From Actinomycetota bacterium (GTDB taxonomy: Bacteria > Actinomycetota > Coriobacteriia > Anaerosomatales > UBA912), in assembly GCA_023488435.1 (NCBI GenBank), contig JAMDCK010000059.1, positions 9,910-73,909 of the forward strand: a DNA stretch of 64,000 bases, in the 5' to 3' direction. Positions 45,277 to 54,959 of this stretch are shown here, piece by piece. Each line of letters opens with the position of its first letter. Position 1 is the stretch's first letter. Position numbers and translations under genes: made by a program. The notes beneath the pieces are model-generated. The model saw only the letters and a program-made list of their open reading frames with translations, had not been told where the DNA came from and did no database searches.

Positions 45277-46029
45277 TTAGCCTCGGGGGCCGGAGTCATC
45301 GTTCACGTAGAGCCTAGGTTCATTTCCGCTGAGCAGTCCGATGAACCGGCGATGATGTGCAGCGTAGACTACGGCCCCCATGCTAGCCGCAAAGACCCAG
45401 TCCGCCGAACCTAGGAGGAGAGCCGAGGCGGGCAGAGTCACTGCAGCAGCAACTTGGCCTGCCATCATGTAGCGCGTCACAGCGATAGTCAGTAAGCCCA
45501 CAACCAACACCAAGGCGAAGTAACGCCAGTCATAGGCGAGTAACGCGCCGCCGCCGGTCGCAAGCCCCTTGCCGGTACGCCCGAAACGCCGCTTGATGAG
45601 CGCGAACCAAAGCGAGTAGTTGTGGCCTAGCACCGATCCCGCAACAGCAAGCATCGGCAACGCCACCAGCCCAATCAAGGCCCAGACAACACCTTCCGAG
45701 ACACCCGGATTAATCGCCTCCATGTGCTGCGTCCATGGGGCGAAGAAAGAGCCTGTGCTTCCGGCAAGACTGATGGCCACCAGTTTGGCGAGAGCCACAG
45801 GAGCGAATCCCTTGAGCGCGTCTGAGATCATAGCGGCAGAGAACCACCCCCATGATCCGGTTGAGCGACGTACGTTCATCGCTCCGACGTTACCCGATCC
45901 CCGCTCTGAGACGTCTTGCCCTGTGACTCGACGGACGATGATATATGCGAACGGGATACTGCCGATCATGTAGGAGGCCACGAGTGTCAGCAATAGAATG
46001 AAAGGTAGCCAAGCCACGTAGTCGGTCAC
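45277..46029 (-). CDS. plsY: Glycerol-3-phosphate acyltransferase PlsY
   Basis: GSIPFAYIIVRRVTGQDVSERGSGNVGAMNVRR matches the PlsY motifs. It is a polytopic membrane protein, and at 250 aa it is longer than the usual 200 aa or so. Confidence 0.8.
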   Translation of the reverse strand: MTDYVAWLPFILLLTLVASYMIGSIPFAYIIVRRVTGQDVSERGSGNVGAMNVRRSTGSWGWFSAAMISDALKGFAPVALAKLVAISLAGSTGSFFAPWTQHMEAINPGVSEGVVWALIGLVALPMLAVAGSVLGHNYSLWFALIKRRFGRTGKGLATGGGALLAYDWRYFALVLVVGLLTIAVTRYMMAGQVAAAVTLPASALLLGSADWVFAASMGAVVYAAHHRRFIGLLSGNEPRLYVNDDSGPRG

Positions 46030-46919
46030 TCTACGCCTGCCAGGGGAACGATGTATTCAATCGCTGAAGGCAGCATGGTGATTGTGTAGCTGCGCCGCAA
46101 GAACACTTCGCCATCGATCTGAGCCGGCAAAGGCGTCGGGCTATCTATGACAATGGACTGATGCCGACTCATCGTCACGGGAGCCATCTTGGTGTGCTTG
46201 CCCACAACCACGAATGGTAGTCTGATCAGGGTCTGAAGAAGCGACAGAGGGGCGATGGTGCAGGTGTCGAAGAGGCCGTCATCGGGTATGGAGTCGGGCG
46301 TGATTGCAAAACCGCCGCCGTAAGTAGGACCGTTGGTCACGGCCATCAGGAGGATCTCGACTTCACTTGACTCCCGGGAATCCACAGTCAATGTGAACCG
46401 ATAACTTTTGAGTTGCTTGAAGAGGATGTAGACCAGCGATAATAGGTACAAGGGGAGGCCAGATAGGGGAGTAGTGGCCTTGAACTCGACGGCTTTTGCG
46501 GTCACCTCGGCATCCAGCCCTATCGCGAAGCTGTTGTTGAAGTACATGTCGTTACAGCGACCTAGATCGTATCGCCTGCGGACTCCGGAGCGTAGCACCA
46601 TGATTGCCGAAGTGAGCCCCTTGGGGATGCCTAGGGTACGACATGTGTCGTTACCTGAACCGATCGGAAGGATTCCCAGCGCCGGCCGTGTCGGCGCATC
46701 GATTTGCATGAGTCCATTGACGACCTCATGGACGGTACCGTCACCGCCTACTGCGACGACGATGTCGTGACCGGCGGCTTGTGCAGCGAGAGTCTTCGCG
46801 TGTCCGACTCCGGTGGTGAGTTGAACCGAAAAATCCTGATCGTGAAGCAGGCGCTCGATTACAGGCAGCAGTTTGAGACCCCTGCCATGATTGGCAGCTG
46901 GATTGAGTATGAGCAACAT
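46026..46919 (-). CDS. Diacylglycerol-kinase-family lipid kinase
   Basis: From ATG 46919 the protein reads MLLILNPAANHGRG. It also has VAVGGDGTVHEV and PIGSGND. Its stop overlaps the plsY start. Confidence 0.8.
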   Translation of the reverse strand: MLLILNPAANHGRGLKLLPVIERLLHDQDFSVQLTTGVGHAKTLAAQAAGHDIVVAVGGDGTVHEVVNGLMQIDAPTRPALGILPIGSGNDTCRTLGIPKGLTSAIMVLRSGVRRRYDLGRCNDMYFNNSFAIGLDAEVTAKAVEFKATTPLSGLPLYLLSLVYILFKQLKSYRFTLTVDSRESSEVEILLMAVTNGPTYGGGFAITPDSIPDDGLFDTCTIAPLSLLQTLIRLPFVVVGKHTKMAPVTMSRHQSIVIDSPTPLPAQIDGEVFLRRSYTITMLPSAIEYIVPLAGVE

Positions 46920-47045
46920 CCGGCCCGGATTCAAGCAGATGACTCCTGTGACTGCACCGACGAACTGACGGACACACCGCAACTAGAACGCACTCGATGA
47001 GTATGATACTCTGCGTGAGCGTTTCGCATCAATGAGCCCTCTTAG

Positions 47046-47121
47046 CTCAGCGGATAGAGCGTCTGCCTCCGGAGCAGAAGGCCGCAGGTTCGAGTCCTGC
47101 AGAGGGCACCATCGATTTCTC
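47046..47121 (+). tRNA. tRNA-Arg (CCG)
   Basis: GCCCTCTTAGCTCAGCGGATAGAGCGTCTGCCTCCGGAGCAGAAGGCCGCAGGTTCGAGTCCTGCAGAGGGCACCA folds as a cloverleaf with anticodon loop CTCCGGA and an encoded CCA. Confidence 0.92.
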
Positions 47122-47163
47122 ATTTCCTTTCGCGACCGGCCTTGTGCAGGCCCAGCTAGGTCG

Positions 47164-49233
47164 TCAGTGACCTTCCGCTCGCTCCTTGTTGTACTTCTCA
47201 ATGATCTTGGATGCGATCTCGTGTGGGACCTGCTCATACGTGTCGACGGTGATCGAATACTGACCCGTACCGCTGGTGATCGACCTCAGTGTCTGCGAGT
47301 AGTGGACGACCTCGGCGTATGGAGCCTGCGCCTTGATCGCTTGGTAGCCGGGCCTTGGGGAGTCCATTCCCAAGATTCTTCCTCGGATAGAAGAGATGTC
47401 GCCCATCACCGCCCCTGAATACTCGTCGGGTACGGTTATGGTCATTGTCGCGATGGGCTCGAGCAACACCATGTCGGCCTTCGCGGCGGCGGCCCGGAAT
47501 CCGATGCGAGCGGCTGTGCGAAACGCCATCTCGTTCGAGTCGACGCTGTGATAGCTGCCGTCGAAGACTGCCACTTTGACATCGACCACGGGGTATCCAG
47601 CGAGCACCCCTTCGGCCATCGTCGATTGGACGCCCTTATCTACGGCTGGTATGAACTGCCGAGGAATTCGCCCGCCGACGATTTCGTCGATGAATTCGTA
47701 GCCCCCGCCGGGGTTGGGCTCGAGCCTGAGCCAGCAGTCAGCGAACTGTCCGGAGCCGCCGGTCTGCTTCTTGTGGCGGCCTTGGGCCTGGGAGGTCTTG
47801 AGGATCGTCTCTCTGTAGGGCAATCTGAGGTCGGCTACCTCCGCGTCAACATGGTATCTGTCATGGAGTCGACAAAGCAGTACATCGATCGCGGTTGCGC
47901 CAAGAGAATACATCACTGTCTGATGGGTCTCCTCGTCCCTGACAAGTGTGAGCGACGGATCTTCATCCGCGACCGCTCTCAAAGCGGTGCCGAGTTTGTC
48001 TTCGTCGGCTTTGGTTTTGGCGACAAGTGCCACTGGATACAGTGGGTCGGGGAGAGGCAGCGGGTTGAAGGCGATCGTGCCGGATAGAGACAGAGTGTCG
48101 TTGGTCCTGGTGTCAGAGAGCTTGGCTAGAACCGCGACATCGCCTGCGAACGCCGCATCAACATCCACGGTTTCCTTGCCGGTCATCCTGAATACGTGGG
48201 CGACGCGCTCCTTCTTGCCGGTTCTCGAGTTCAGCAACTCCATTCCAGGGACCAGCTTGCCCGAGACGATTTTGAGCAAAGAGAGGCGCCCCACGTAAGG
48301 GTCGGAGAGTGACTTGAACACATGAGCGGTGACTTCACCGTCCGCGCAGATAGGGATCTGCGCACCATCGGAAGTGTGTAGTGGTCCGTGTGCGGTGGGC
48401 TTGGGGAAGAACGTGACGATCTCATCCATCAAGTCCTCTATGCCTTGGAGGGTGATTGCAGAACCGATGAAGACAGGGATGAATATGCCCTTTGCGATCG
48501 CCTTGTCCAGTAGGCTCTCCAGCTCCTGTTGCGAGAGACGATCCCCCTCGAGGTACTTCTCCATGAGTTCGTCATCGGCTTCGGCTACGAGCTCGCACAG
48601 TGTGTCGCGGGCTGCCTCAGCGGCCTCGATATATTCGGCGGGGATGTCGGTGACTTCCTCGGCTTCGGCGGAGTGATGGTAGGACTTCATCCTTATGATA
48701 TCGATGACCCCATAGAATTCAGCTGCATGACCAATGGGTATCTGAACAGGACCGACACGGTGGCCGAACTTGGTCCTGATAGCGTCCATTGCTGAATCGA
48801 AGTCTGCGTTCTCCTTGTCCAGGCGGTTGATGAAGACCGCTTTGGCGATTCCCATATCTTCGGCTATCTGCCAGAGACGTTCGGTCTGGACTTGTGGCCC
48901 GGCGACCGCATCAACTACGAACAATGCCATTTCGGCGGCTTCTATGCCGGCAATCGCATCTCCGATGAAGTCCGCGTATCCCGGCGTGTCTATCACATTG
49001 ATCTTGATGCCTTTGTGCACCAGTTGGGCAAGCGAAAGGTTGATGGAAATCTTACGTTTGATCTCTTCGGCTTCGAAATCGAGACATGAGTTGCCGTCCG
49101 AGACGCTACCCAGTCGCTTCGTGGTTCCTGCGAGATGAAGCATGGCTTCTGCAAGAGAAGTCTTTCCTGCCCCCCCATGGCCAAGCAAGACAACATTTCG
49201 GATCATGTCGGTGTCTACCGCTTTCAACTGCAT
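47164..49233 (-). CDS. Elongation factor G paralog (EF-G2-like translational GTPase)
   Basis: 689 aa from ATG 49233. Motifs are G1 GHGGAGKTS, G3 DTPGYADF (Tyr where canonical EF-G has His) and G4 NRLD. The EF-G domains II-V layout is present (e.g. GRHKKQTGGSGQF). Confidence 0.8.
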   Translation of the reverse strand: MQLKAVDTDMIRNVVLLGHGGAGKTSLAEAMLHLAGTTKRLGSVSDGNSCLDFEAEEIKRKISINLSLAQLVHKGIKINVIDTPGYADFIGDAIAGIEAAEMALFVVDAVAGPQVQTERLWQIAEDMGIAKAVFINRLDKENADFDSAMDAIRTKFGHRVGPVQIPIGHAAEFYGVIDIIRMKSYHHSAEAEEVTDIPAEYIEAAEAARDTLCELVAEADDELMEKYLEGDRLSQQELESLLDKAIAKGIFIPVFIGSAITLQGIEDLMDEIVTFFPKPTAHGPLHTSDGAQIPICADGEVTAHVFKSLSDPYVGRLSLLKIVSGKLVPGMELLNSRTGKKERVAHVFRMTGKETVDVDAAFAGDVAVLAKLSDTRTNDTLSLSGTIAFNPLPLPDPLYPVALVAKTKADEDKLGTALRAVADEDPSLTLVRDEETHQTVMYSLGATAIDVLLCRLHDRYHVDAEVADLRLPYRETILKTSQAQGRHKKQTGGSGQFADCWLRLEPNPGGGYEFIDEIVGGRIPRQFIPAVDKGVQSTMAEGVLAGYPVVDVKVAVFDGSYHSVDSNEMAFRTAARIGFRAAAAKADMVLLEPIATMTITVPDEYSGAVMGDISSIRGRILGMDSPRPGYQAIKAQAPYAEVVHYSQTLRSITSGTGQYSITVDTYEQVPHEIASKIIEKYNKERAEGH

Positions 49234-49424
49234 CTCCTCCTCAGAGCGTAGTGGCGGCAAGCACGCCTTCGGCGAGCTTGCGGTCGACCGAAAACCGAAC
49301 AAAATGCAGACAACGTCAGCATACTCCTTATCTGAACAGGTTCACACTGTTAGAATGGCTCAAGTCCCCGCCTAGGCGTGGCCAGTGGTGTGGTGTTGAG
49401 TCGTAAGACGAAATCGGAGCAGAC

Positions 49425-50081
49425 ATGAAGATGAATGCAAGGCGGATTCTACCGATCGCATTGACGATGGTGCTTGTAGCGATGGTTCTATTGCTTCAAG
49501 GTTGCGCAAGTGGTCCGACCGATTCAACCGACACATCAGCCAACCAGCAAGCCCAGACTCCGGCAGAGGAAGTCCCGACCCAAGTAGAGGAGACACCGTT
49601 GTTCACTCCAACGTACATTCCAAACGGCACAGAGATAGCCGTGATCACCACGGACAAGGGCGTCATCAGAATAGACCTGCACTCCGAGCATGCTCCAAAC
49701 CACGTCGCGTCCTTCATAGAGCTCGCCCAGAGTGGTTTTTATGACGGCACGAAGTTTCACAGGGTGGAACCCGGATTCGTGATTCAGGGAGGGGATCCGC
49801 TCTCCAGGACCGACGATCCCAGAGTCGGCACAGGTGGACCCGGCTACAGAGTGGCGGCGGAGTTCAATGAGCTGCCCCACCTTGACGGCACTTTGTCGAT
49901 GGCCAGGTCACAGGATGTTGATTCCGCTGGGTCCCAGTTCTTCATCTGCTTGGGCCCCCAATCGTTCCTCGACGGGCAGTATACGGTCTTTGGGCAGGTT
50001 ATCGAGGGTATGGAAGTCGTTCGTGCTATCACAAAGGGCGATGTCATGCGCTCCGTAGTCATCGAGAATGCCACCAAGTGA
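49425..50081 (+). CDS. Cyclophilin-type peptidyl-prolyl isomerase, lipoprotein
   Basis: It has a signal peptide with lipobox (LLLQGC) and the cyclophilin core FHRVEPGFVIQGGDP...MARS...GSQFFI. Confidence 0.85.
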   Translation: MKMNARRILPIALTMVLVAMVLLLQGCASGPTDSTDTSANQQAQTPAEEVPTQVEETPLFTPTYIPNGTEIAVITTDKGVIRIDLHSEHAPNHVASFIELAQSGFYDGTKFHRVEPGFVIQGGDPLSRTDDPRVGTGGPGYRVAAEFNELPHLDGTLSMARSQDVDSAGSQFFICLGPQSFLDGQYTVFGQVIEGMEVVRAITKGDVMRSVVIENATK

Positions 50082-51465
50082 ACTGGGAGCATCTGTGGAT
50101 GAAGTCCGCTACAACGAAGCGCTGAAGCACTATAACGAGAAGGACTACCGTGCGGCAGCCAAGGGATTCTTGGCCGCAGCAGGCAGAGGGATTGAAGGAA
50201 ATGGCCTCGCCTATCACATGGCAGGCAACTCGCTCCTTAAACTTCGCCGCTACACCGACGCCATTACAGTCTATGGCCATGCGCTGCGTGACGAGACCTA
50301 CATGAAGACCGGGGCTGTCCACGCTAATCTGGCCACGGCGCACTCTGCCCAAGGAGACTACCAGCAGGCTGTGACATGTTTCCGCGAGGCACTGGCGGAC
50401 GTTGGCTACACGCAGCAGTATCGGGCCCTCCAAGGAATGGCTGCCGCATTGTTGCAAATGGGCAAGGTTGAGGAGGCGGCAGTCTCTTATCGCCAGGCTG
50501 CCTTGGATGCCGATAATCCTGATCCAGGTAAGGCGCTCAACAACCTCGGCTTGTGCTTCATGGCGCTCGGTCGACCCGCTGATGCTGCAGAAGCATATAA
50601 GGCGGCACTAGGCTTCGACACTTACTCAAGCCGCGGCAAAGCGTTAGCAAATCTAGGAATGGCCTTCTCAGCGCTTGGTGAGCACAAAGACGCCCTCAAG
50701 TCGTTCGAAAAGGCCGTTGAGCTACACTCGTTCAAGCTGGGGCCTGCTGCGCTCGCTGCCATGGAGAACAGTAGAGCCGTCCTCGAAGAAGATGCGATCC
50801 CCAAGCGAGAGATAGTTGAGGGCTGGCGAACTGGTGAGCTCGATCCCGTGGCTGCCTCCGCTCAAGTCACGGGGCCCCTCGATGCGGCTGACCTACCCTC
50901 CCAAGCTGGTTCTGCACCCCTCGATTCACTACCGATCGTCGGCGATGAGGAGGATGGCGCCGAGACCGCCGAAGGCGACGTTTCGGCCTTTTTCGCTCGA
51001 ACAGACGAAGAGATGAAGTTGATGGACAGAGCGGAGTCGAAGCGCAAGCGAAATGAGAAGGCAGGTGAGAACGGACCTTGGCGAAGAGTGGTCACGATTG
51101 TCAGCATCATCGTTGTTGTCGCCGGACTTGCTGCAGCTCTCTACTTTGCTGGATATGGCTTTCCGACTCAGATAATGACGGTGGGTGGGATGTTGGAGGC
51201 TCACGCCGAGGGACTCCCTGTTGAAGGCTATTGGGTTGCGGTACCATCGGCTGATGTAGCTGAAGAGATGGCGAAGCTGCCTCCTATTCAGGGGCATACG
51301 ATCCAGGAGCTTGAACGCTCAGCCGCTCGGTCGTACGTCAAGATCACGGTCACTCCTCGGAGTGGGGAGCCCCTGAGGTACGAGATCACGATGCTCAGAG
51401 AGGGTGTCGGCTGGAGGGTCAGCGGTATCGCAAACAGGTGGAGTACCCCTGCTGATCGGCAGTAG
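50068..51465 (+). CDS. TPR-repeat protein with a single TM and a C-terminal domain of unknown function
   Basis: It has several TPR-like repeats in the N-terminal part (YNEALKHYNEKDYRAAAKGF...), an acidic linker, and a TM (VVTIVSIIVVVAGLAAALYFAGY). The start is uncertain (ATG 50068 or GTG 50095). Confidence 0.6.
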   Translation: MPPSELGASVDEVRYNEALKHYNEKDYRAAAKGFLAAAGRGIEGNGLAYHMAGNSLLKLRRYTDAITVYGHALRDETYMKTGAVHANLATAHSAQGDYQQAVTCFREALADVGYTQQYRALQGMAAALLQMGKVEEAAVSYRQAALDADNPDPGKALNNLGLCFMALGRPADAAEAYKAALGFDTYSSRGKALANLGMAFSALGEHKDALKSFEKAVELHSFKLGPAALAAMENSRAVLEEDAIPKREIVEGWRTGELDPVAASAQVTGPLDAADLPSQAGSAPLDSLPIVGDEEDGAETAEGDVSAFFARTDEEMKLMDRAESKRKRNEKAGENGPWRRVVTIVSIIVVVAGLAAALYFAGYGFPTQIMTVGGMLEAHAEGLPVEGYWVAVPSADVAEEMAKLPPIQGHTIQELERSAARSYVKITVTPRSGEPLRYEITMLREGVGWRVSGIANRWSTPADRQ

Positions 51466-51512
51466 GCCGCAGGCAGGTTTCGGACATAGTGGACTCACTG
51501 ACGAGAGGAGTA

Positions 51513-51929
51513 GTGTTGAACCAGAGGACATACATCATGATAAAGCCGGACGCTGTAGCGAGGGGTCTTATCGCCCCAATCATCCAGCGCTTTGAGAATA
51601 CAGGGCTCGTAATCGAGAGACTTGAGCTAGGCCGCCTCGAACTGGCTCAGGCCGAAGCGAACTACGAGGAGCATAAGGGCAAGTCATTCTATCCCGGCTT
51701 GATCGAGTACATCATGTCCGGCCCAGTTGTGAAGATGGTGTTGTCGGGACCTGATGCGGTAATGGTATGTCGTAAACTCATGGGCGCAACCAATCCTCGG
51801 GATGCAGCCCCTGGAACAATTCGCGGTGATTTCGGACTCGAAGTCGACGCAAACGTGGTTCACGGATCGGACTCACCTGAGGCCGCTGCGAGGGAGATCG
51901 ATATATTTTTCGCCGGAAGCTGTCGCTGA
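51513..51929 (+). CDS. ndk: Nucleoside diphosphate kinase
   Basis: RTYIMIKPDAVARGLI...NVVHGSDSPEAAAREI contains the NDK active-site His context. The SD GAGAGGAG lies upstream of the GTG/TTG at 51513/51516. The track start at 51489 is likely too far upstream. Confidence 0.88.
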   Translation: MLNQRTYIMIKPDAVARGLIAPIIQRFENTGLVIERLELGRLELAQAEANYEEHKGKSFYPGLIEYIMSGPVVKMVLSGPDAVMVCRKLMGATNPRDAAPGTIRGDFGLEVDANVVHGSDSPEAAAREIDIFFAGSCR

Positions 51930-52052
51930 TTGGGGCTACGATGTCGGAGGGGTTGCCAAACCGTTCTCTGATGCGTGCAGGAATTACCCCTGACCTGATA
52001 GAACCTTAGTGATTATCGGTATGGGCTGTCCTGATGATCGGGTAGGGTCATA

Positions 52053-53354
52053 ATGCGAAACAGAGGCTTCTTCGGCGGGATACACCCATCCAGTAAAAAG
52101 ACTGGGTCGCGGGAGTCGGGTATCAGGCGACCCGCTTTGCCCCCAAGACTCCACGTGCCCCTAAGTCAGCACGTTGGTGCCCAGGCGATCCCAGTGGTTT
52201 CCTCGGGAGATACCGTCCTACGCGGGCAGGTCATCGGCGAAGCCCAGGGTTCGATCTCTGCACCTGTGCACTCGCCTGTGGACGGCGAGGTCACAGGTGT
52301 GTATGACATGCGTCTGGTGTCAGGTGCACGAGGGGCGGTATGTGAGATCGCCCCACGTGCTGAGCAGGACTGGACATCCTTCGTCAGGATCGACCCTTCA
52401 GACGATGTCTCGGAGACGGTTCGCATGGCAGGGATAGTCGGTATGGGTGGCGGCGCGTTTCCATCGAGCGTCAAATTGCACCGCTCACATGGAAAGCCCA
52501 TCCACACAGTCATCGTCAACGGGTGCGAGTGCGAGCCCTACCTCACTTGCGATGATCGGCTGATGCGTGAATCGCCAGCTCGCATTTTGGCGGGGGCGCG
52601 GATACTGGGCAAGGCGATGGGTGCGCAGAGGGTCGTCATCGCCTTAGAGGACGACAAGCCCGAGGCTCGTGAGGCACTAGCGCAACATAATCAGCCCGAC
52701 GTCGAGATAATTGTCTTCCCCGCGAGGTACCCTCAGGGTGCGGAGAAGCAATTGATCTACTCGATCACCCGCGAAGAGGTTCCTCATGGCAGGCTACCTG
52801 CGTCGGTGGGCGTTTTGGTCCATAACGTTGGTACAGCCGCTGCGATTGCTGATGCGGTACAACTTGGGAAACCGTTAATCGAGCGCGTTGTAACCATTTC
52901 CGGTCAAGTCGCCAACCCGTCCAACTTCCTAGCCCTCGTCGGCACCCCCATAAGCCATCTACTTTCCGAAGCGGGCGGCTTGAGCGCGGGGGTCTGCCGC
53001 ATCATCGCTGGCGGCCCTATGACTGGGACTGCGGTGGCCGACCTTGATCTTCCGGTGGTCAAAGGAACATCCGGTCTAGTCGCGCTGACGCAGGCCGATC
53101 TTCCACCCGCGATTCATTCGGATCAACCATGCATCAGGTGCTCTAGGTGTGTCGATGCTTGTCCGATGCGTCTGCAGCCCTACGCCATCGGCATCCATGC
53201 CAACCGGGCAGACTGGGACGGGATCCAACGATTCGTGCCGTTGAGCTGCATCGAGTGCGGCTGCTGCGAGACGGTTTGTCCTACTCGAAGGCCTCTGATT
53301 CAGCTGATTCGGCGAGCCAAGCAGGTCTTGCTAGCCAAGGGAGTGGAAGCATGA
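52053..53354 (+). CDS. rnfC: Rnf electron-transport complex subunit C
   Basis: 433 aa. It has an RnfC-type N-terminal barrel, an NADH/FMN-binding region (GMGGGAFPS) and two 4Fe-4S motifs (CIRCSRCVDACP, CIECGCCETVCP). Confidence 0.9.
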   Translation: MRNRGFFGGIHPSSKKTGSRESGIRRPALPPRLHVPLSQHVGAQAIPVVSSGDTVLRGQVIGEAQGSISAPVHSPVDGEVTGVYDMRLVSGARGAVCEIAPRAEQDWTSFVRIDPSDDVSETVRMAGIVGMGGGAFPSSVKLHRSHGKPIHTVIVNGCECEPYLTCDDRLMRESPARILAGARILGKAMGAQRVVIALEDDKPEAREALAQHNQPDVEIIVFPARYPQGAEKQLIYSITREEVPHGRLPASVGVLVHNVGTAAAIADAVQLGKPLIERVVTISGQVANPSNFLALVGTPISHLLSEAGGLSAGVCRIIAGGPMTGTAVADLDLPVVKGTSGLVALTQADLPPAIHSDQPCIRCSRCVDACPMRLQPYAIGIHANRADWDGIQRFVPLSCIECGCCETVCPTRRPLIQLIRRAKQVLLAKGVEA

Positions 53355-54358
53355 GTGCCGATCCAGGTATTCGGACCTGGCACGTCGCTTCGTCTCCACA
53401 TGTCGCGCAAGCGGTTTCGTGTCCTAAGATCATGTTCATAGTCATTGCAACGCTTTTGCCGGTCACCATATGGGTTGTCATGAACATGGGGATGTTGGCA
53501 GTTGGTGTACTGGTTGCGTGTATAGCCTCTTCGGTTGGCAGTGAGGCGTTATGGAACTGGATTGCCCGAAAACCGCAGACTATCACGGACGGGAGCGCCC
53601 TACTCACAGGCTTGCTTCTGGCTCTGACGATGCCCCCACGTACCCCCCTCTGGATTGCCGTCGCGGGCGGTATCGTCGCAATCTGTCTTGGAAAGATGCT
53701 GTTCGGGGGCTTGGGGTGGAATCTGTTCAATCCTGCGCTGGTGGGCAAGGCGTTCGTCGCGATATCGTGGACCGGCGTCTTGTCTGAACAGACTGTGCCC
53801 GGGGGTTGGTATAGGGGTATCGACGTCCCTGCCCCTGAAGGTCATGACGCCATCACCGGCGCGACCAGACTCGCAATTGCGGCCGCCGACAAAGCCGCAT
53901 CAGGGGCCTATGGCTTCGAATCGAGTCAACACTACGCACCGCTTCTCTTTCGCAACCTTGAGGGCTCGCTTGGGGAGATATCGGCAGCCCTATTGATTTT
54001 AGGTGGCTTTGTCCTTATTGCCATGAGGATTATCGACTGGCGCATTCCAACGGGCTACATAGGAACGGCGGCGCTCTTGTCCTGGGTGCTCGGAGTCGAT
54101 CCGATATTCCATGTGTTGGCCGGAGGACTTCTCCTTGGAGCCTTCTTTATGGCCACAGACTATGTCACATCGCCGATGACCAAACTCGGACGATTACTCT
54201 TCGGATGCGGCTGTGGCCTGATCAATATAGTAGCCCGACTCTATGGTCCCGGGCCCGAAGCGACCACATGGGCGATACTCTTCATGAACGGCTTGGTCCC
54301 ACTCATTGACAGATTGACTGCCCCGCGCGTCTTCGGATGGAGGAAAAGGAATGGGTAG
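53351..54358 (+). CDS. rnfD: Rnf complex subunit D
   Basis: The start ATG 53351 overlaps the rnfC stop as ATGA. It is a polytopic membrane protein with the FMN-attachment context ITGATRL. The track start at 53147 lies inside rnfC. Confidence 0.88.
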   Translation: MSADPGIRTWHVASSPHVAQAVSCPKIMFIVIATLLPVTIWVVMNMGMLAVGVLVACIASSVGSEALWNWIARKPQTITDGSALLTGLLLALTMPPRTPLWIAVAGGIVAICLGKMLFGGLGWNLFNPALVGKAFVAISWTGVLSEQTVPGGWYRGIDVPAPEGHDAITGATRLAIAAADKAASGAYGFESSQHYAPLLFRNLEGSLGEISAALLILGGFVLIAMRIIDWRIPTGYIGTAALLSWVLGVDPIFHVLAGGLLLGAFFMATDYVTSPMTKLGRLLFGCGCGLINIVARLYGPGPEATTWAILFMNGLVPLIDRLTAPRVFGWRKRNG

Positions 54359-54959
54359 GGCACCTTCGACGCCCATAAGAATGGTAGCAACCGTTTTCAT
54401 CACCTGCCTGCTTTCCGCCACTGCTCTCGCTTTCACTTATGAGGCGACTAGGGACAGGATCGCAGCCCAGGAGCGAATCGCGGAACAGAGGGCCCTCTCA
54501 GCTGTACTCGCTTCTGGTGAGAGATTCGAGAGACTCGAGGACGACATCTTGGCTAAAGCCGAAGAACACGCAGACAAGACTCCGGTAACTGGGGCTTGGA
54601 GGGCGTATGGCGCCGATGACGCGTTCGTCGGGTTCGCCATTCGCTTGTCACCGAGAGGGTATGGTGGCCCCGTACATATGGTGGTAGGACTGGATAGAGA
54701 TGGGAAAGTCGCTGGCGTCAATATCGTTCAACATAGAGAAACACCGGGATTGGGGACCAAGATCATCACGGAGCAGTGGTTCGGAGAGCAGTTCATTGGT
54801 TGGAGTCCAGCAGAATTGTCGGCAGATCTCGATGCTTACGACACGATTACGGGGGCGACCAAGTCGGCGGATGCAGTCCGAGACGGCATCGTCGCTGCGA
54901 TCAATGTCTACGATGGCGTTTTGCAGGGAGTTGAAGATGAAGGGGGTGAAGGAAGATGA
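54351..54959 (+). CDS. rnfG: Rnf complex subunit G
   Basis: It has an N-terminal TM anchor, an FMN_bind domain (HRETPGLGTKI) and the covalent-FMN context TITGATKS. Confidence 0.88.
   Translation: MGRAPSTPIRMVATVFITCLLSATALAFTYEATRDRIAAQERIAEQRALSAVLASGERFERLEDDILAKAEEHADKTPVTGAWRAYGADDAFVGFAIRLSPRGYGGPVHMVVGLDRDGKVAGVNIVQHRETPGLGTKIITEQWFGEQFIGWSPAELSADLDAYDTITGATKSADAVRDGIVAAINVYDGVLQGVEDEGGEGR

Noticed and set aside
47164-49233. The EF-G-like GTPase as the selenocysteine elongation factor SelB, given the Sec codon found in the hydrogenase
   Set aside because: The domain layout and length match EF-G, with domains IV/V-like sequence, rather than SelB, which is EF-Tu-like with C-terminal winged-helix domains. 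G-motif spacing is also EF-G-like.
53147-53350. The 68-aa N-terminal extension of rnfD suggested by the ORF track (start 53147)
   Set aside because: The extension lies entirely inside rnfC in another frame and is Arg/Ser-rich nonsense. ATG 53351, with an ATGA overlap to the rnfC stop, gives a normal RnfD N-terminus.
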